Below, piece after piece: positions 48,602 to 63,861 of a stretch of DNA of 64,000 bases. Position numbers and translations under genes: made by a program. Origin of the DNA: the human T2T-CHM13v2.0 reference genome, Homo sapiens; the NCBI RefSeq assembly GCF_009914755.1, contig NC_060928.1. One strand, 5' to 3'. The notes beneath the pieces are model-generated. The model worked only from the letters and a program-made list of their open reading frames with translations, was not told the DNA's origin and made no database searches. Position 1 is the first letter of the stretch, and every line of letters starts with the position of its first letter.

Positions 48602-49499
48602 GAAAACCTGCTAAAAATAAGAAAAGTAATCAATTTTGTATCTTTTAAAAAATGTAATGATAATAATAATAAAAGTCAGAAAAAAGAAAAGGGAAAACTT
48701 ATACACTCTTGGTGACAATGTAAATTAGTTCAACCTCTATGGAAAACAGTATGGAGATTTATTAAAGAACTAAAAATAGAACTAACATTTGATCCAGCAA
48801 TCCCACTACTGAGCATCTACCCAAAGGAAAAAAAAATCGTTACGTAAAAAAGACACCTGTATTTGTATGTTCATCACGGCACTATTCACAATAGCAAAGT
48901 CATGGAACTAACCTAAGTGTACATCAACAGTTGACTGGATAAAGAAAATGTGGTACATATACACCATGTAATACCAGACATACAAAGAAGAGCTGGTACT
49001 AGTCTCACTGAAACTATTCCAAAAAGTCTAGCAGGAACAATTTTTTTCTAAGTCATTCTATAAAACTAGTACCATCCAGCCATAAAAAAGAATGAACTCA
49101 TGTCATTGGCAGCAACATAGATGGGGGTGGAGGCCATTATCCTAAGTGAACTAACTTAGAACCAGAAAATAAAACACCACATGTTCTCACTTATAAGTGG
49201 AAGCTAAGCAGTGGGTACACATGGACATAAAGATGGAAATAATAAACACTGGGGATTCCAAAAGGGGTGGGGGCGGTGAGAGAAAGGGCAAGGGCTGAAA
49301 AATTACCTATTGGGTACAATGTTTCACGATTTGGATAATAGGTACACTCGAAGCCCAATCCCCATGATTATGCAATATACCTATGCAATAAACATGCACA
49401 TGTGCGTCCTGAATCTAATATAAAATAATTTATTTTTGAAAAAGGAAGTATTTGTCTATGGACTATATTTATTAAGTAATTTTCCATTAAAAAAATTAG

Positions 49500-49930
49500 T
49501 CAAAGATCATCAAGAGATTAATGGATTTTTTAAATGTGATATATGCATACAATGGAATATTATCCGTAAAAAGAAATGACATACTGATACATGCTATAAT
49601 GTGGATGAGCCCTGAAAATATTATTCCATGTGAAAAAAAAGCCAGACATAAAAGGTCACATATTGCATGAGTCTATCTTCATGAAATATCCATAATAGGT
49701 AAATTCATAAAGACAGAAAGCAGAATGGTATTTGCCAGAGGCTAATGGGAGCAGGAAATTGAGAGTGACTGCTAAATGGGAATGGGGTTTCATTTCAGGT
49801 GATGAAAAGGTTTTGTAACTAGATACGGAAAGTGATTGTACAACGTTGTGAATGCACTGTCAATGAATTGAATGCTATAAAATGATTAATTTTATTTTAT
49901 GTGAATTTCACCTCAATAGAAAGAATTAAA
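49500..49930 (+). mobile_element. L1MB 3' end
   Basis: 'tactgatacatgctataatgtggatgagccctgaaaatattat...gtgaatttcacctcaat'. Confidence 0.85.
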
Positions 49931-50078
49931 GATAAATATACTGGCCAATCAGCATTCTATCACCAAAGATAATCAGAGGTTACTATATTAAGATGAGTTT
50001 ATTCTAGCTAAAAGCAAAATTTTAAAAGATGCTTGTCTGTAAACCAATCTTTTGTCCTCATTAACCAGACAGCTTTCT

Positions 50079-50412
<334 letters not shown>

Positions 50413-50604
50413 CAGACAGCTTTCTAATTACTGGTTCTATATCCAAATTATGTTTAAACTAAGAAATGAAGTAGCCTTGAGAAGTTACACAAGCATTCCA
50501 CGCATTATACCATGTTCAATTATAAATTTATATATTAACTTTTGGGTTTATATAATAAAAATACTAATGATAAGAAGAAGAACCACAAAAGTAACATTAG
50601 CATA

Positions 50605-50830
50605 AACAATAACTGTAACATCTAATGTTTACTGAGCTGTTAGTATTGCCAGGAATTGGGCTAAGTGCTTGAAAAGCATCATTTCATTTAAGCTTCACAG
50701 TTCCCTATGAGGTACTATTACTATCCTAATTTTTCAGATAATGACACTGAGACTCACAGAGTTCAGATAACTTGACCAAGGTCAAGATCTAGTAAAATGG
50801 AAAACCAGAACTTCACCAGACTGTCTCCAG
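50605..50830 (+). mobile_element. MIR
   Basis: 'ccctatgaggtactattactatcctaatttttcagat...actgagactcacagagttcagataacttg'. Confidence 0.75.
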
Positions 50831-51806
50831 CCACGTGTGTGGTTAATTTCTCTGCTAAATTGCTACACATAAAGCTTTTATTGGTCTGCCACGCTTTGTT
50901 TAGTCTTCCTGATGCTGGACAAATTCAAGCACTAACAAAACTAAGTTTCTAGGCCAAAAAGTGAGGGCCAGACCATTTTCTGTGACAGCCCAGGGTCTTA
51001 AATAAGCCCTGACTTGGTATGTTGACAAGCTGATATACCCAGACAGTGTTTCTATCTAGTTGTTCTTTAATGTTAAATTTATGAATCTTTAAAATATTAG
51101 GAATAACATGCCCAAACTAGGAAATCTATTAAAAAAATGACCTCTTAATAAATATTCTTTCATTCAATAACTTATTTAATGAATCACTAAAATATCTGAG
51201 TATATCTGTAAATAGGTTTTTCCATTTTAGACACATAAAAGTATGTTTATAAAGACATATTCAATGTTGGCAATAAAGGCAACAGCAATTTGGGACCTGT
51301 AGATTTGTATCACCCCAGACAATTCTTCTGATCCACTTTGCCCTACAAGTAGCATGCTGGTGACAATAACAAGGTTGTATTATACTCACAGCATTGGTTC
51401 TACATGTATCTTATTTTTAAAAGTAGTTGTAAAATAAAGCTTCCATTTATTTGATCCTTATGAGAAATAGGTCAGTATTTTTGTCAAATATTAGTCCATT
51501 GAAACTTCTATATTACAGTACAAATGACTCTTCATCTGAAATTCACAAAGGAAAATATTGATTACCCAAATTGCTTATGGGAGTAGGAATCCTGATTAAG
51601 TATTCTGGATTATAAGAAATCCTTTTACATTTATTTAATGATTTAGTCACTCCTTAAGAAGTATTTGTGTTGACTTTAATGAATTAGTAAATATAGCAAA
51701 GAAAAATGATGATCTCTGAGACCTGAGAATTTTGTCAATTCCTAAAATGCATTCTTAATATTCTCACCGTAATTAACACAAAGTAGACACTCAAAAAATG
51801 AATTGT

Positions 51807-52197
<391 letters not shown>

Positions 52198-54689
52198 TTA
52201 AAGTCCCATTACTAAAAAAATCACAAGATACTAACAAAAGAGTAGTACTAAATAATATATACAAGTTTCTTCTGATCAACCAATGTTTAATGATTATTTA
52301 ATTTGAACACAATCAACCCATATTTTATTGTATAGACAAAATGGGGCATTAGAAATAGCATGGCCTTTGGAATCCAAATCATGTTTAAATCAGGATTCAT
52401 TGATGTTAAAATTACCATTTAATAGGATATCAGGGAATACTAGACAATTTATGAAGATCTTCACTGAGCCCAAGTCTTCCATATTGAAAATGGGTGTAAT
52501 AATTCCTTTTTGACAGGTTCTTACAAGGAAAGGATCTAGTACATGACCTGTCACACAGCTGGATCTCAAGAATGTTTGTTCCAATCCTGAAACAGGCAAA
52601 AATGTTGAGAGTCAAGAAAGAGAGAAAGGAAAGAGGTCTTAAAATGGTAACAGCTATTATTACTTGAGTACTAATATTGATCTTTCTGTTCATTTTATAA
52701 GTGACACTTCAAATCAGGTCATACTTTCCAAGTCTAGCAAATAGAATTCAGAAAGGGAATATCGTCTCTGTTATTCTGTCTATTGCCATAAGAATCCAGG
52801 AAAATCAGAGAGAAATCAAAACATGACTAAGAAATGTGACATCTTATAAACTTTTTTGACCTACTTTGTCAGAATTTTCATAGGTTTACCTTTGGTTTCA
52901 GCTAAAACATCCTTATTTTGTCTAAGTAGGCCATCCCAATTCTTCCTAACTGTAAATTCAGCTCATGCTCTCAGAATAGGATCCTTTCCCCCTAAGGCCT
53001 TTGCTTTCCATTTAATACCCTCTGATACTTTTCTCCAAAATCCCTATAACAAATATTAACTTACATGCAAGGAAAGCAAGCAGAGTTTCAAAATAGGCCA
53101 GGGGTGGCATTCTTAAAAATAACTCTGAGGAACAACATTTGTATCCAATAAAAACATGAGCAGAATTGAAAATACTTATGGTGTGGGACTTGTACATTTA
53201 TCTGCTCTTTGAAAAGGTAAAATAAACTGAAAAATTCCATAAAAATCCAAACCAAAAGTCACCTGCCATCACCACCACTCTGCCCTTTCCAATAAACACT
53301 TATTGGCAGAAGCAGGAGGGAAGTCTATGTTTCTTGCCTCTTGAAGTGACAAGCACATTCTTTCCTCATTCACCAAGCTGCTTTTCTCCCTCCAAAGCTC
53401 CAGCTGTTCTCAAAACCCAGACATTGTTCCCTTCACTGGCTGGCCTCTAGCTCTAACTCTCAGCCAAGACTGCTTCTCCCTGAAACCTCTCAGGGACACT
53501 AACAGCCAGGACTTGGAAGGCTGTGCCTACTTAAAGAAAGTTGAGTTTTTGGCAGGGAGAGAAAGAGGGAGAGAAAGGGGGAGAGAGATGAATGGGAAAC
53601 ACTTTGTGTCAGCACAAAAACTCAAACAATCGTGTTTGGACAATGCCTGGTGCTCTGAGGCTGCCAAGTGATGGTTGATGAATCTCATAGTGGTTTTCAG
53701 ATTTTGAGGCTGTGGGATCTTTTCTCATTGTTGTACACAGTCTGGGACCCCCAAGTTCTACTGTGGAAAATATGAAATACTTACAAGATAAATATGCCAA
53801 TTATGACTACAATTTCTTTCTGTTATCATATGAATATGAACACCCATAGGACCATGAGATATTTGGAGAGGCGGGGGCGTGGATTTTTAAACCCTTTCAT
53901 GTATATAAATAAGCTCCCCAAAGGACAATGTGAATTAATTCTTCCTCAAAGATTATAAGAAGTGGCTTATTTATGTTTCTCCAAATTAATATTCTTCCTT
54001 CATTGGTCGTAAGTGTGATGGTGATGGGAGAAAAGGAATAAAAGGCACATTTGTTCACTTCCAAGTCCAATGAAATCAACACTCAGAAGAAAAGGCAAAT
54101 ACCTGCAACTTTTTAGAAATTCTGGTTTTTAGAAAATGTTAAAGCTGTCCTATACTCAAACTATCCTGACCTGGCTAGTAACCAAGAATCATTTTTTTAA
54201 CTTTACACAAAGCTGTTAATCACTGTCTACAGCACTTCTTGAAATTACAACACATTGACTTGTCATGACATTCAGAAGAGATGTTAGCCAAAGACTCACC
54301 AGTTGAACTAGTTAGAATATAGATTTGTTAATGTGTGAAAAGGACCTAAAAACAGAGGAAAGACTAGTTTCTTTCTCACTCTCATAACGGTATGACTGCG
54401 CACCATGCAGAGCCAAGAATTCTGGCTGTTTCTATCTGTTTCACCATCCCAAGGACATCTCTGTCATCTGCATGGTCTAAGATGATCTTCATTTCAGCCA
54501 AGAGAAGTAGAAAAAAGGAAAAAAAAAAGGGAGAGTTCACCACTTCCTTGTAAGAAAATTTGCACGTATCATTCCCACCTACATTCCACCAACCATAACA
54601 AGGTCATGTGGCCATAGTCTGAAAAAATATTCTTTATTTTGGGCATCCATGTGCCAGCTAAATATCAAGAAATCTATTGATTTAGCATA

Positions 54690-55710
54690 AGAATTGGCAA
54701 GCTATATCCATGAGCCAAATCTGGTTTTAAGTGAGCTGCAAGCTAAGAATAGTTTTTACATTTTTAAGTGGTTAAAAGAAAATCAAAAGAATAATAATAT
54801 TTTGTGATGTGAAAATTATGTGAAACTCAAATTTCAGTGTCCATAAATACAGTAGTACCCACTCATCCACAGTTTCTGCTTCCATGGTTTCAGTTACCCT
54901 ACGTTCAACCGTGCTGGGAAAATATTAAATAAAAAATTCCAGAAGTAAGCAATTTGTGAGTTTTATATTGTGTGCTGTACTGAGTAGTAGGATGAAATCT
55001 TGTGCTGCCCTGCTTCATCCTGCCCAGGATGTGAATCATCCCTTTGTCCAGTGTATCTGCACTGTAGATGCTACATTACTCATTAGTCACTTAGTAGCCA
55101 TCTCAGTTATCAGATCAACTGGCCATTTTGTGGTATCCCAGTGCTTTTGTTCAAGTAATCCTTATTTTACTTAGTAATGGCCCCAAAGCACAAGAGTAGT
55201 GATACCGGCAATTCAGATGTGCCAAAGATCAGCTGTAAAGTGCTTCCTTTACATGAAAAGGTAAAAGCTCTGGACTCAGGAAAGAAAACAAATTGTATGC
55301 TGACGGTGCTAAGATCTACAGTAAGAATGGGCCTTCTATTGATGAAATTGTGAAGAGTATATTGTTATAATTATTCTATTTTTAGTTATTGTTCATCTTT
55401 TACTGTGTCTAATTTATAAATTAAATCTTATCATAGGTATGTATAGGATAAAAATATAGTGTTTATAGGGTTAATACTATCTATGGTTTCAGACACGCTT
55501 GGGGCTCTTGGAATGTCTCCCCTTCAGATCAGAGGGACTACCGTAAATTTTTATTAGAAGGGAGCCATGGTCCATTTACATGTTGTCTATGGCTGCTTTT
55601 GTGCTACAATGGCAGAGTTGAATAGTTGTGACAGACATCATATGGCCCACAAAGCCTAAAATGTTTATTATTTGGCCCTTTATTTAAAACATTTTTCCGA
55701 CTTCACTTTG
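54690..55710. mobile_element. MER58 (hAT-Charlie) split by a MER44
   Basis: 'ttggcaagctat...gccaaatctgg...aatttcagtgtccataaata' resumes after 55545 to 'ggcccacaaagcctaaaatgttta...tggccctt'. Confidence 0.8.
54850..55543 (+). mobile_element. MER44 (Tigger7-derived), 694 bp
   Basis: TIRs cagtagtaccc / gggactaccg with TA duplications. Confidence 0.88.
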
Positions 55711-55852
55711 GAGGAAAGAATAAATCAGGTATTGCTGGACAACTAGCTAACTCAGCCATACCAAAGTGGTAAAATTGATTGGAAAAGGGGGTGGGCTTTG
55801 AAAGGGGTTGCAAATGAGCTGTATTTGTTTAAAAGCCTTTAATATAGTAGCA

Positions 55853-56365
55853 TTGTTTATCCATTTATGCATTGAAAATTACCCCAAAACTTAGTGGTTT
55901 AAAACAATAAAAGTGTATTATTCAGTTTCTGTGAGTCAAGAATTCAAGAGTGGCTTATTTGGGTGGCCCTGGCTCAGATTCTCTCATAAAGTTGCAGTTA
56001 GGATGTTGGCATGGGATAAAGTCTCATGTGAAGGGTTGACTGGGGCTGGAGAAGCAACTTCCAGATTGATCATTCACGTGGAAGCTAGCAGGAGGCATCA
56101 GGTGCTTGCCACATGGGCTTGTCCTGCATGGCTGCTAGCTTCTTCCACAGTGAATTACGAGACAGAGAGACAGAGTAAGCAGTAAGCCACAGTGCCTTTT
56201 ATATCATCTTCAAAGTCTCATGTTGTCACTTTCATTATATTATTTTCATTAGAAGAAATTCATTAAGCCTACTCCAGCCCACACTCAAGGTAAGGAGAAT
56301 TATCTTCCACCTACTGAAGGGAAGAATGTCAAATAATTTGGGGGCATTTAAAAATCATCACAACA
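55853..56365 (-). mobile_element. MLT1 LTR (old)
   Basis: 'aaattaccccaaaacttagtggtttaaaacaat...gactggggctggaga...cagcccacactcaagg'. Confidence 0.7.
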
Positions 56366-56848
56366 GTATTTGAGATTGTTTTAAAAAGCAGATAATTTGT
56401 CTTCAGATAATGCTACAGACATGAGGCTAGTGATTATGAAATAAGCCTAAGTTATTTGACCAGGAGAAAAGGATAGAGGCTTATGTTAGAGATGGCAATC
56501 AGGTTTTAGCTCTCTCACCTACCACAATTAATTGGTAGTAGTTGCTTAGAGTACTATGTTGATAAGGATTCTGATTAGTAGCTATCAAATACACATATTT
56601 TCTATCAGAGTAAAAAAACAAAAGTTCAAATAATGAGAATTTGGAGAAAAAGCAATTTATGAAGCATGTCAAAGTCTCCAGAAAGCTTATAAAACCATGG
56701 CTCTTGGGCAGCTTGTCCAGGATGTTTCTCTGGAGTCCTGGTTTCCCAGGAGAGATTCCCTTTCTCCTTCCCTCCCTTCCTTCCATCAAACCATCCTTCC
56801 TTCAACAAGCACTTACTGAGTACCTATGTTTTAGACATAGGTATTCTC

Positions 56849-56997
56849 AGCTGGGTGCAGTGGCTCACGTTTGTAATCTCAGTGCTTTGGGAGGCCAACG
56901 TGGGAGGATTCCTTGAGGCCAGGAGTCTGAGAATAGCTTGGGCAATATGATGAGACCCCATCTCTAAAAATAAATAAATAAATTTAAATTTAAAATA
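56849..56997 (+). mobile_element. Alu left monomer (FLAM-like) within an L2 remnant
   Basis: Single arm; TSD ag(a/t)cataggta(t/c)tct. Confidence 0.85.
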
Positions 56998-57779
56998 AGT
57001 CATAGGTACTCTGGCTGCCAGAGATAGAATAAGAAACTAGATAAATATCTCCCTCTCATGGTAAAATACAAATTTCTGTCTTCTGTAAAATGTCTGAAAT
57101 TTTATTTTCCTTTTAAGAAGCCATACATATTATTTCTGATTACCATCTCATTACACTAGATATTTTAGATTAACATTAAATAATAGTGGTGATAATTCTT
57201 GCTTCCAATCCCTCTATTGCAGGGTTTACCAGAATATGCATCATGTAACAGCATTTCCACTGGGTGTTAATAGACCTCATTTGAATAGAAGGGTTTCATG
57301 ATCATATAAGGCTGGGAATGCTGAATTTTAAAATGTTAAACAGATTTGTCTACTGTAGGCAACTTTAATGTGCCCATGGTCCAAAAAGATGGTGTAACAT
57401 GCTATACTCCCCAAAGTTATTTGAGTTTAAAATGTTGTGTGTTTTTGTTTTGCTTTTACAAAACGCTTGTTCAGGTGGTCTGGAAAATCCTGCAGGAGGA
57501 AATCTAAAGTCATTAAGTTTCTTTATTTCCCTTTCAGTCACATCAGCTCTCTTTTGTTTCCCTAAGATTGTAGAGTTCATTGAAACACATAAATGTCCAT
57601 TTCTACAACAATATACAAATCCTAGCTAGAAAGGAAATAGTGGTAATTACTCTCATGTAGTAATTATTTAATGTCTGGGTATTTTAAAACCAAACAAGTA
57701 TTTAAAAACACATAACATCATTATAAATTCATTACAAATATATAGGATGTTTGCACATACATACAATTATATAAAGAAA

Positions 57780-57850
57780 TGTGTGTATGTGTGTGGTGTG
57801 TCTCTGTCTGTGTGTGTGTGGGGTGTGTGTGTGTGTGTGTGTGTGTGTGT
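57780..57850. repeat. (TG)n microsatellite, interrupted
   Basis: Seen directly in sequence. Confidence 0.95.
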
Positions 57851-59996
57851 AACACTTTGGAGTCAAAACAACTCTCCAGTTACCTAGAAATATATATTTA
57901 TTAAACGTGCACAATTGTCAGACAACTTATTAGTCATTAAATACAATAATGAGAAAGAGAGAATGCATTACAAATGTTAATTCATTCATATAATTAATAG
58001 CTCAAAGGATTGTAGGGAGAAAATCACTAAGCACATCATTACCATAATGGCTAGCTCATAAATAAAGTACAGAATTCAAAATGAGGACATGTCAAGGGCT
58101 CTGCACCATTTAGGATTTATGTGTACTGTATGTAACAGATATCTGATGACAGCGGCTTAACCAAACAGCCTCGCATAATTTGCCTTCCATAAAAAGGAAG
58201 TGCAGAGAAAAGCTGTGCAGTGGGGTCATGGTGTCAGCAGTGGCGCACGATCTATTTCCTTGTCACTCTATCATTCTTATTATGGGACTTAACCTCTCAT
58301 CTTAGCTGTGGGACGGTCTCAAGTGGACTATTACATTCAACCTCACTATCTTTTTTTCAAGCAAGAACAAGAAGGAAGAAAGCGTAAAGGAGTAGAATCT
58401 GGCAGGATTTTTTTTTTTCTCAATTATTTTATCAGCTGAAAATGTCATGTAGTTACTCCTAACTGCAAGCAAGTCTGGTCTGGAGAAGTACTTCAGCTGG
58501 GCCCATGGATGCACTGAGAAGAATTCGGTCTCTCAAACAAGAAAAAGTGAATACATATTTGGTAGATGACTCGCCCTGTCTTTTCCAGACTCTTACCTAG
58601 TCCTTGAGGGTCAGAGAAGGTTAAAGCTAACAATAATAATATTTCATAAGTAGATATATTTGTTTCTTTCTAACTCATCTCCTATTTATTATACTTCTAA
58701 CTTAAAAATACCCTTACAATTTAATTTAGCAATTTACTTTTGTCATAAACACAAGTTTTCATGGAATTCCTACTATTTCCTTTAAATAACAATGAAATGA
58801 CTGTGTAAATAATTTCCATTAAATGTTTGAAATGTTCAACTTCACTGTGTTAAGAAATGGTGGCTTGCTTCTGTTTGTATTTAAACTGTTCTTGCCAGCA
58901 AAAACAATTGTTCATATTGGCAGAAGTAGAACATTTGCCAGCATGAAAAAGTGCTGTATAGCACTTTTTTTTTGTATAGCATTTAACATACCATAACACA
59001 TATTTTCTTTTCCTCACAAATCTGGTTTAAAACCTTAATTTTTTTACATAGCTGTGGCCTCAATACTTCAGAATTTTAACTTTTTTTCAACCTTGTAGAA
59101 TATAAAAGTACGTGTGTAAGCATATAATGCCAAGAAAAGTTTTCTTAAAGTTATTGCATTTCTACTTGAAATTCTGGCTCCATTTTGCATAGAACATGGT
59201 GAATGCCTTCTTATCTAGAAGACAGAAATATATTAGTACAGTCACTAATCTCTCTATTAACACCTTAAATATCTCTTTGATTCTTCTTGACATCCAAAGA
59301 GCACTTTTCACTCCTTTTAAAATTTTTTTAGAGAAATCTAATTTCATGTTATCAACTTTCCAATATTCATCTTCTACAAATGGCTGGTAGAATAGGTATT
59401 GGGTAACTTTCATTTTTAACAAATTTATATGTCTATGAAAATCAAGATGGTTGTTTCTAGAAACCATATTCCACCCCCCTAAATTTAATGCATTAAAGTA
59501 CCATTTATGAAGAATCAAGTTCAAATTATCCACAAAAGTGCATGCCTCTCAATGTTCAACCATGGGGAAATGACTTACTATACATATGGTGAATTATGTC
59601 ACCCTGTAAAATGATAATGATAAAGACCATTTAACAACATGTAAAAATGTTTATAATTTATGAACCGGATTGCAAGTTTAGAAAAATTAAATCACTAAAC
59701 AGACCAAAACTAGGAGGTAATATGCAATAATAAAGTAATTATGGTAGAAAGTCTATATATATATTTTTCAGTTCCTTACATTTTTCTATACAGCCTGATT
59801 TTTCTTTAATGTGCATGTGTTATTTTGATAATTATGAAGAAAGTGGTAAAAACAACTTAAACAATAAATAAAATCTTATTTCTAGCATCTTCCTTTTCTG
59901 TACTTTTTAACGTTTTTTGGTGGGGGGGCTTTTTTGGAAATGCTCAGCAGTCTCCTCTGTACCCCTCTGCCACTTCCCTTAAAAAGGGAGCCCCTC

Positions 59997-60291
59997 GGCT
60001 GGGTGCGGTGGCTCACCCCTGCAATCCCAGCACTTTGGGAGGCCGAGGTGGGCAGATCATGAGATCAAGAGATCAGTACCATCCTGGCCAACATGGTGAA
60101 ACCTCATCTGTACTAAAAATACAAAAGTTAGCTGCGCATGGTGGTATATGCCTGTAGTCCCAGCTACTCGGGAGGCTGGGGCAGGAGAGTCACTGGAACC
60201 CAGAGGTGGAGGTTGGAGTGAGCACAAATAGGGCCACTGCACTCCAGCCTGGGTGACAGAGTGAGACTCCATCTCAGAAAAAAAAAAAAAA
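59997..60291 (+). mobile_element. AluSc-like
   Basis: TSD aaaagggagcc. Confidence 0.93.
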
Positions 60292-62167
60292 GGGAGCCTC
60301 TTTTGGCACACCCCTTCAGAGACTTACCCCACTTTTACAATCCTTCAAATTCCTATGTGTCCCATTTTCACTGGCCCTACCCACTGGCTAGGTGCCTTTT
60401 AACTATCTGTTTCCACTTGGATATTTTAACAACCTACCTGAAGTTTAGTTTCCCAACTGTAAATAGTGATAATACCTCTTCATATAGTCATTATGAGGAT
60501 TAAGGAAAGTAATAGATATAAAGCACTCAAATTAAGGTGCCCACCACAGTTGCCACCATTACACAATACCAGTAGCAATATCAATAACAGTACTAATAAT
60601 ACCCAAATACATATATGTGTATTTTAACAAAGTTTTGGTCAAAAGAGACTTCAAGCAACAGAAAAGACCTGTGGAAAAGTTACTTCAACCAGAGCACATG
60701 GTAAGAAACGTTAAAAAAGCAAATGAGATTCAGAGTCTAAGGGATTACACTCAATTCCCCAGCTGGCGAATGGAAGAACAGAGACAGGAACCCCAATGTC
60801 CGGGCTCTGAGTGTATTGCTCTCTACATTTGAACATCCTCATCAGTGCTCAGCACTTGCCTGGATGGCTAGTACAGCTGTCTGCCAAGAAGATGTCCTTG
60901 TGTTTTTCCTCATTGCTGTACATACAGCCTTCAGACAATTCCATAGCTCCATGGACATTTGACCACCCACAACTCAAGAACAACTTTCCTTTTGCCATTG
61001 GCTCTTAGCACACATAAATTGCTAATCCTTTCTTAAACTGCTAGGTGAACCTCAAATTCTCATGGGACTCAAATTTCTTCCAGAGGGCTCATTAGGTAAA
61101 GGGAGATTCCAAGGAACTCTTTCCCGATTGTTCCTCACTGGAACAGTTCAGTGTGAAAAATAATGACCACTCCTAAGTTCATGTACCTAATTGCCTCTGT
61201 CTATCCTGTGGCCTTCAATTAAAGTAAGATCACCATCCGGTTTTTTCCAACTTTTTGTAGCAAGATTGAGAAGGGATGGGGTGGGTTTTATTGGACACTG
61301 AGAGGAAGGTTCCTGTAACAGCCACATAAAGAGGTAATGTGGGAAAGCCAAAGTAAGCAGACGGATTTAAAACCAGCTGGAACACCACCAGGAAAGAGGT
61401 TAACACCCTAAGCTTTCCATGAACTTTTCTACTGCGAGTCCTAAGCCAGAGGATCCTTCATCATCAGAAATGATTGGAAACCTGGTTTCAAACTCCCTGG
61501 AAAGATGAGACAAGAAATGCATAACAGGGAAGGATTTACTTAGGTTAATTGATTAATTAATGACCACACTTCAACGGCTCAAGCTTACTTTGTGGGTGTA
61601 AATGTATGAGTAATACTCAAAACCACAAACCTAGGAGCAATAAAAGAGCTTGGGTTGAAAGTTCTACTTTCAGAATTATCCTGATTTTCCTCTGGGCAAC
61701 TAGGGAGACGAAAATAAAGAAACCAACAGGAAAACTCATAAATCTGTGACTCTGGAAGGAGAGGGTCACATTCTACTTGGAGAGAAGACGCTTTACCCAG
61801 GTCCAGTAGGAATTACTTTCTGTGATGTGTTGGGAAGTGAATCCAGAGCAGAAAGGTCCTTTTCAATTTGTATCTGGACTCGTCTACCTCGCCATTTTGT
61901 TCACCCACACATTACCACTGCCTTTACCCCAGGTGAGCTCCACACACCAAGTCACCTTTGAAATAGAATTACACTTCTGATGGACCTACCTCCTAAATAG
62001 CTCTCCAACCAGGGATGAGTACCTGGGGACCCAGTAGAACCCTCAATTTGTATTGACTCAGAACCCAAAAGAAAACAGAGAAGAACATGTGAAATTATCA
62101 AGGTTTTTGGTCAATTCTCTGGCTATGAGTTAGTAATTTCTTTCCACCAGATTTCTGGCTTCTCCTT

Positions 62168-62625
62168 GTTATGGTTGAATTGTATTAACCATTACCCAAA
62201 TTCATATGTTGAAGTTCTAACCCCCAGTACCTCAGAACGTGACCTTATTTGGAAATAGAGATGTTGCAGGTATAACCGGTTAAGATGAGGATATACTGAA
62301 GTAGGGTGGGCCCCTCATCCAGTATGACTGGTGCTCTTATAAAAGAGGGACATTTGGACACAGACACTCACTGAGGAAAAATGATGTGAAGACACACAAG
62401 AGTCATGTGATGACAAACGCAGAGATTAAGAGTGGTGCGAGCCAGGGAATACCAAGGATTGCCAGCAAATGCCAGAAGCTAAAGTGGTAAGCAAGGATTC
62501 GCCCCTACAGACTCAAGAGGGAGCCCTGCTGACACCTCAATTTCAGACTTTCACACTCTAGAACTGTGAAACAATAAATTTCTATTGTTTTAAGCAACCC
62601 AGTTTGTGGTACTTTGTTATAAAAG
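62168..62625 (+). mobile_element. MLT1C-like LTR
   Basis: 'tgttatggttgaattgt...gttgaagttctaacccccagtacctcagaa...gaactgtgaaacaataaatttct'. Confidence 0.85.
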
Positions 62626-62638
62626 TGCTATTTTAAGA

Positions 62639-62941
<303 letters not shown>

Positions 62942-63325
62942 CTATAAAAGTAACACAGTGATCTATCACTGAAATTTCTGTAATGATCTATCAAACGGAC
63001 ATATTTGTTAAACAAATATGAAACTAGCTCACTTTGAAAAATATTTGTTACCCACTTTAGAGTTTCACTTTCTCAATTTCTGAGAGAAATTTCAACAATG
63101 AATTTGCCAAAATTTATCAAATAACTATTTACTTTTTACTCTAATTACAGTCTCCTTGTTTAGGAACTAAAGTTAGATAAAACTAGGGCAAAATCAACCC
63201 TACATATCGGAAATTAAACATTTTAGCTTCCTCCTCCCCACTGATTATGTAAAGAGATAGTTTTTTAAGAGTAAGATCATGACTCTCATATAAAGTTATA
63301 ACTCTCATATAATGTTAACACATGT

Positions 63326-63709
63326 TGATATGGTTAGGCTTTGTGTCCCCACCCAAGTCTCATCTTGAATTATAATCCCCATAATCCTCATAATCTCCTC
63401 TTGTCAAGGGAGAGACTAGGTGGAAGTAATTGGATCATGGGGGCAGTTTCCCCCATGCTGTTCTCATGATAGTGAGTTCTCACAAGATCTGATGGTTTTA
63501 TAAGTGTTCGGTAGTTCCTTCTGTGTTCATTCTCCCTCCTGCTCCCTTGTGAAGAAGGTACCTTGCTTCCCCTTCACCTTCCACTGTAATTGTAAGTTTC
63601 CTGAGGCATCCTCAGCCATGTGGAACTGTGAGTCAATTAAACCTCTTTCCTTTACAAATTACCCAGTCCGAGGCAGTACATTACAGCAGTATGAGAACAA
63701 ATTAATACA
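63326..63709 (+). mobile_element. THE1D-like solo LTR
   Basis: TG...CA; 5-bp TSD catgt. Confidence 0.9.
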
Positions 63710-63861
63710 CATGTCAAAATTATATTTAACTGATTTATTAATGAGGGAATCAATAATATACAAAAGTAACTGCTTCAAAAGAGAATTCAAATAGATACAG
63801 AAGTAATCAGGTATACTAAAATGAATTTTCTAATCGATGCATAAGGTGAGATCAGTTGTAC

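Noticed and set aside
59162-59533. 123-aa minus-strand ORF in AT-rich unique sequence
   Set aside because: Non-ATG start, no recognisable domain and no supporting exon structure.
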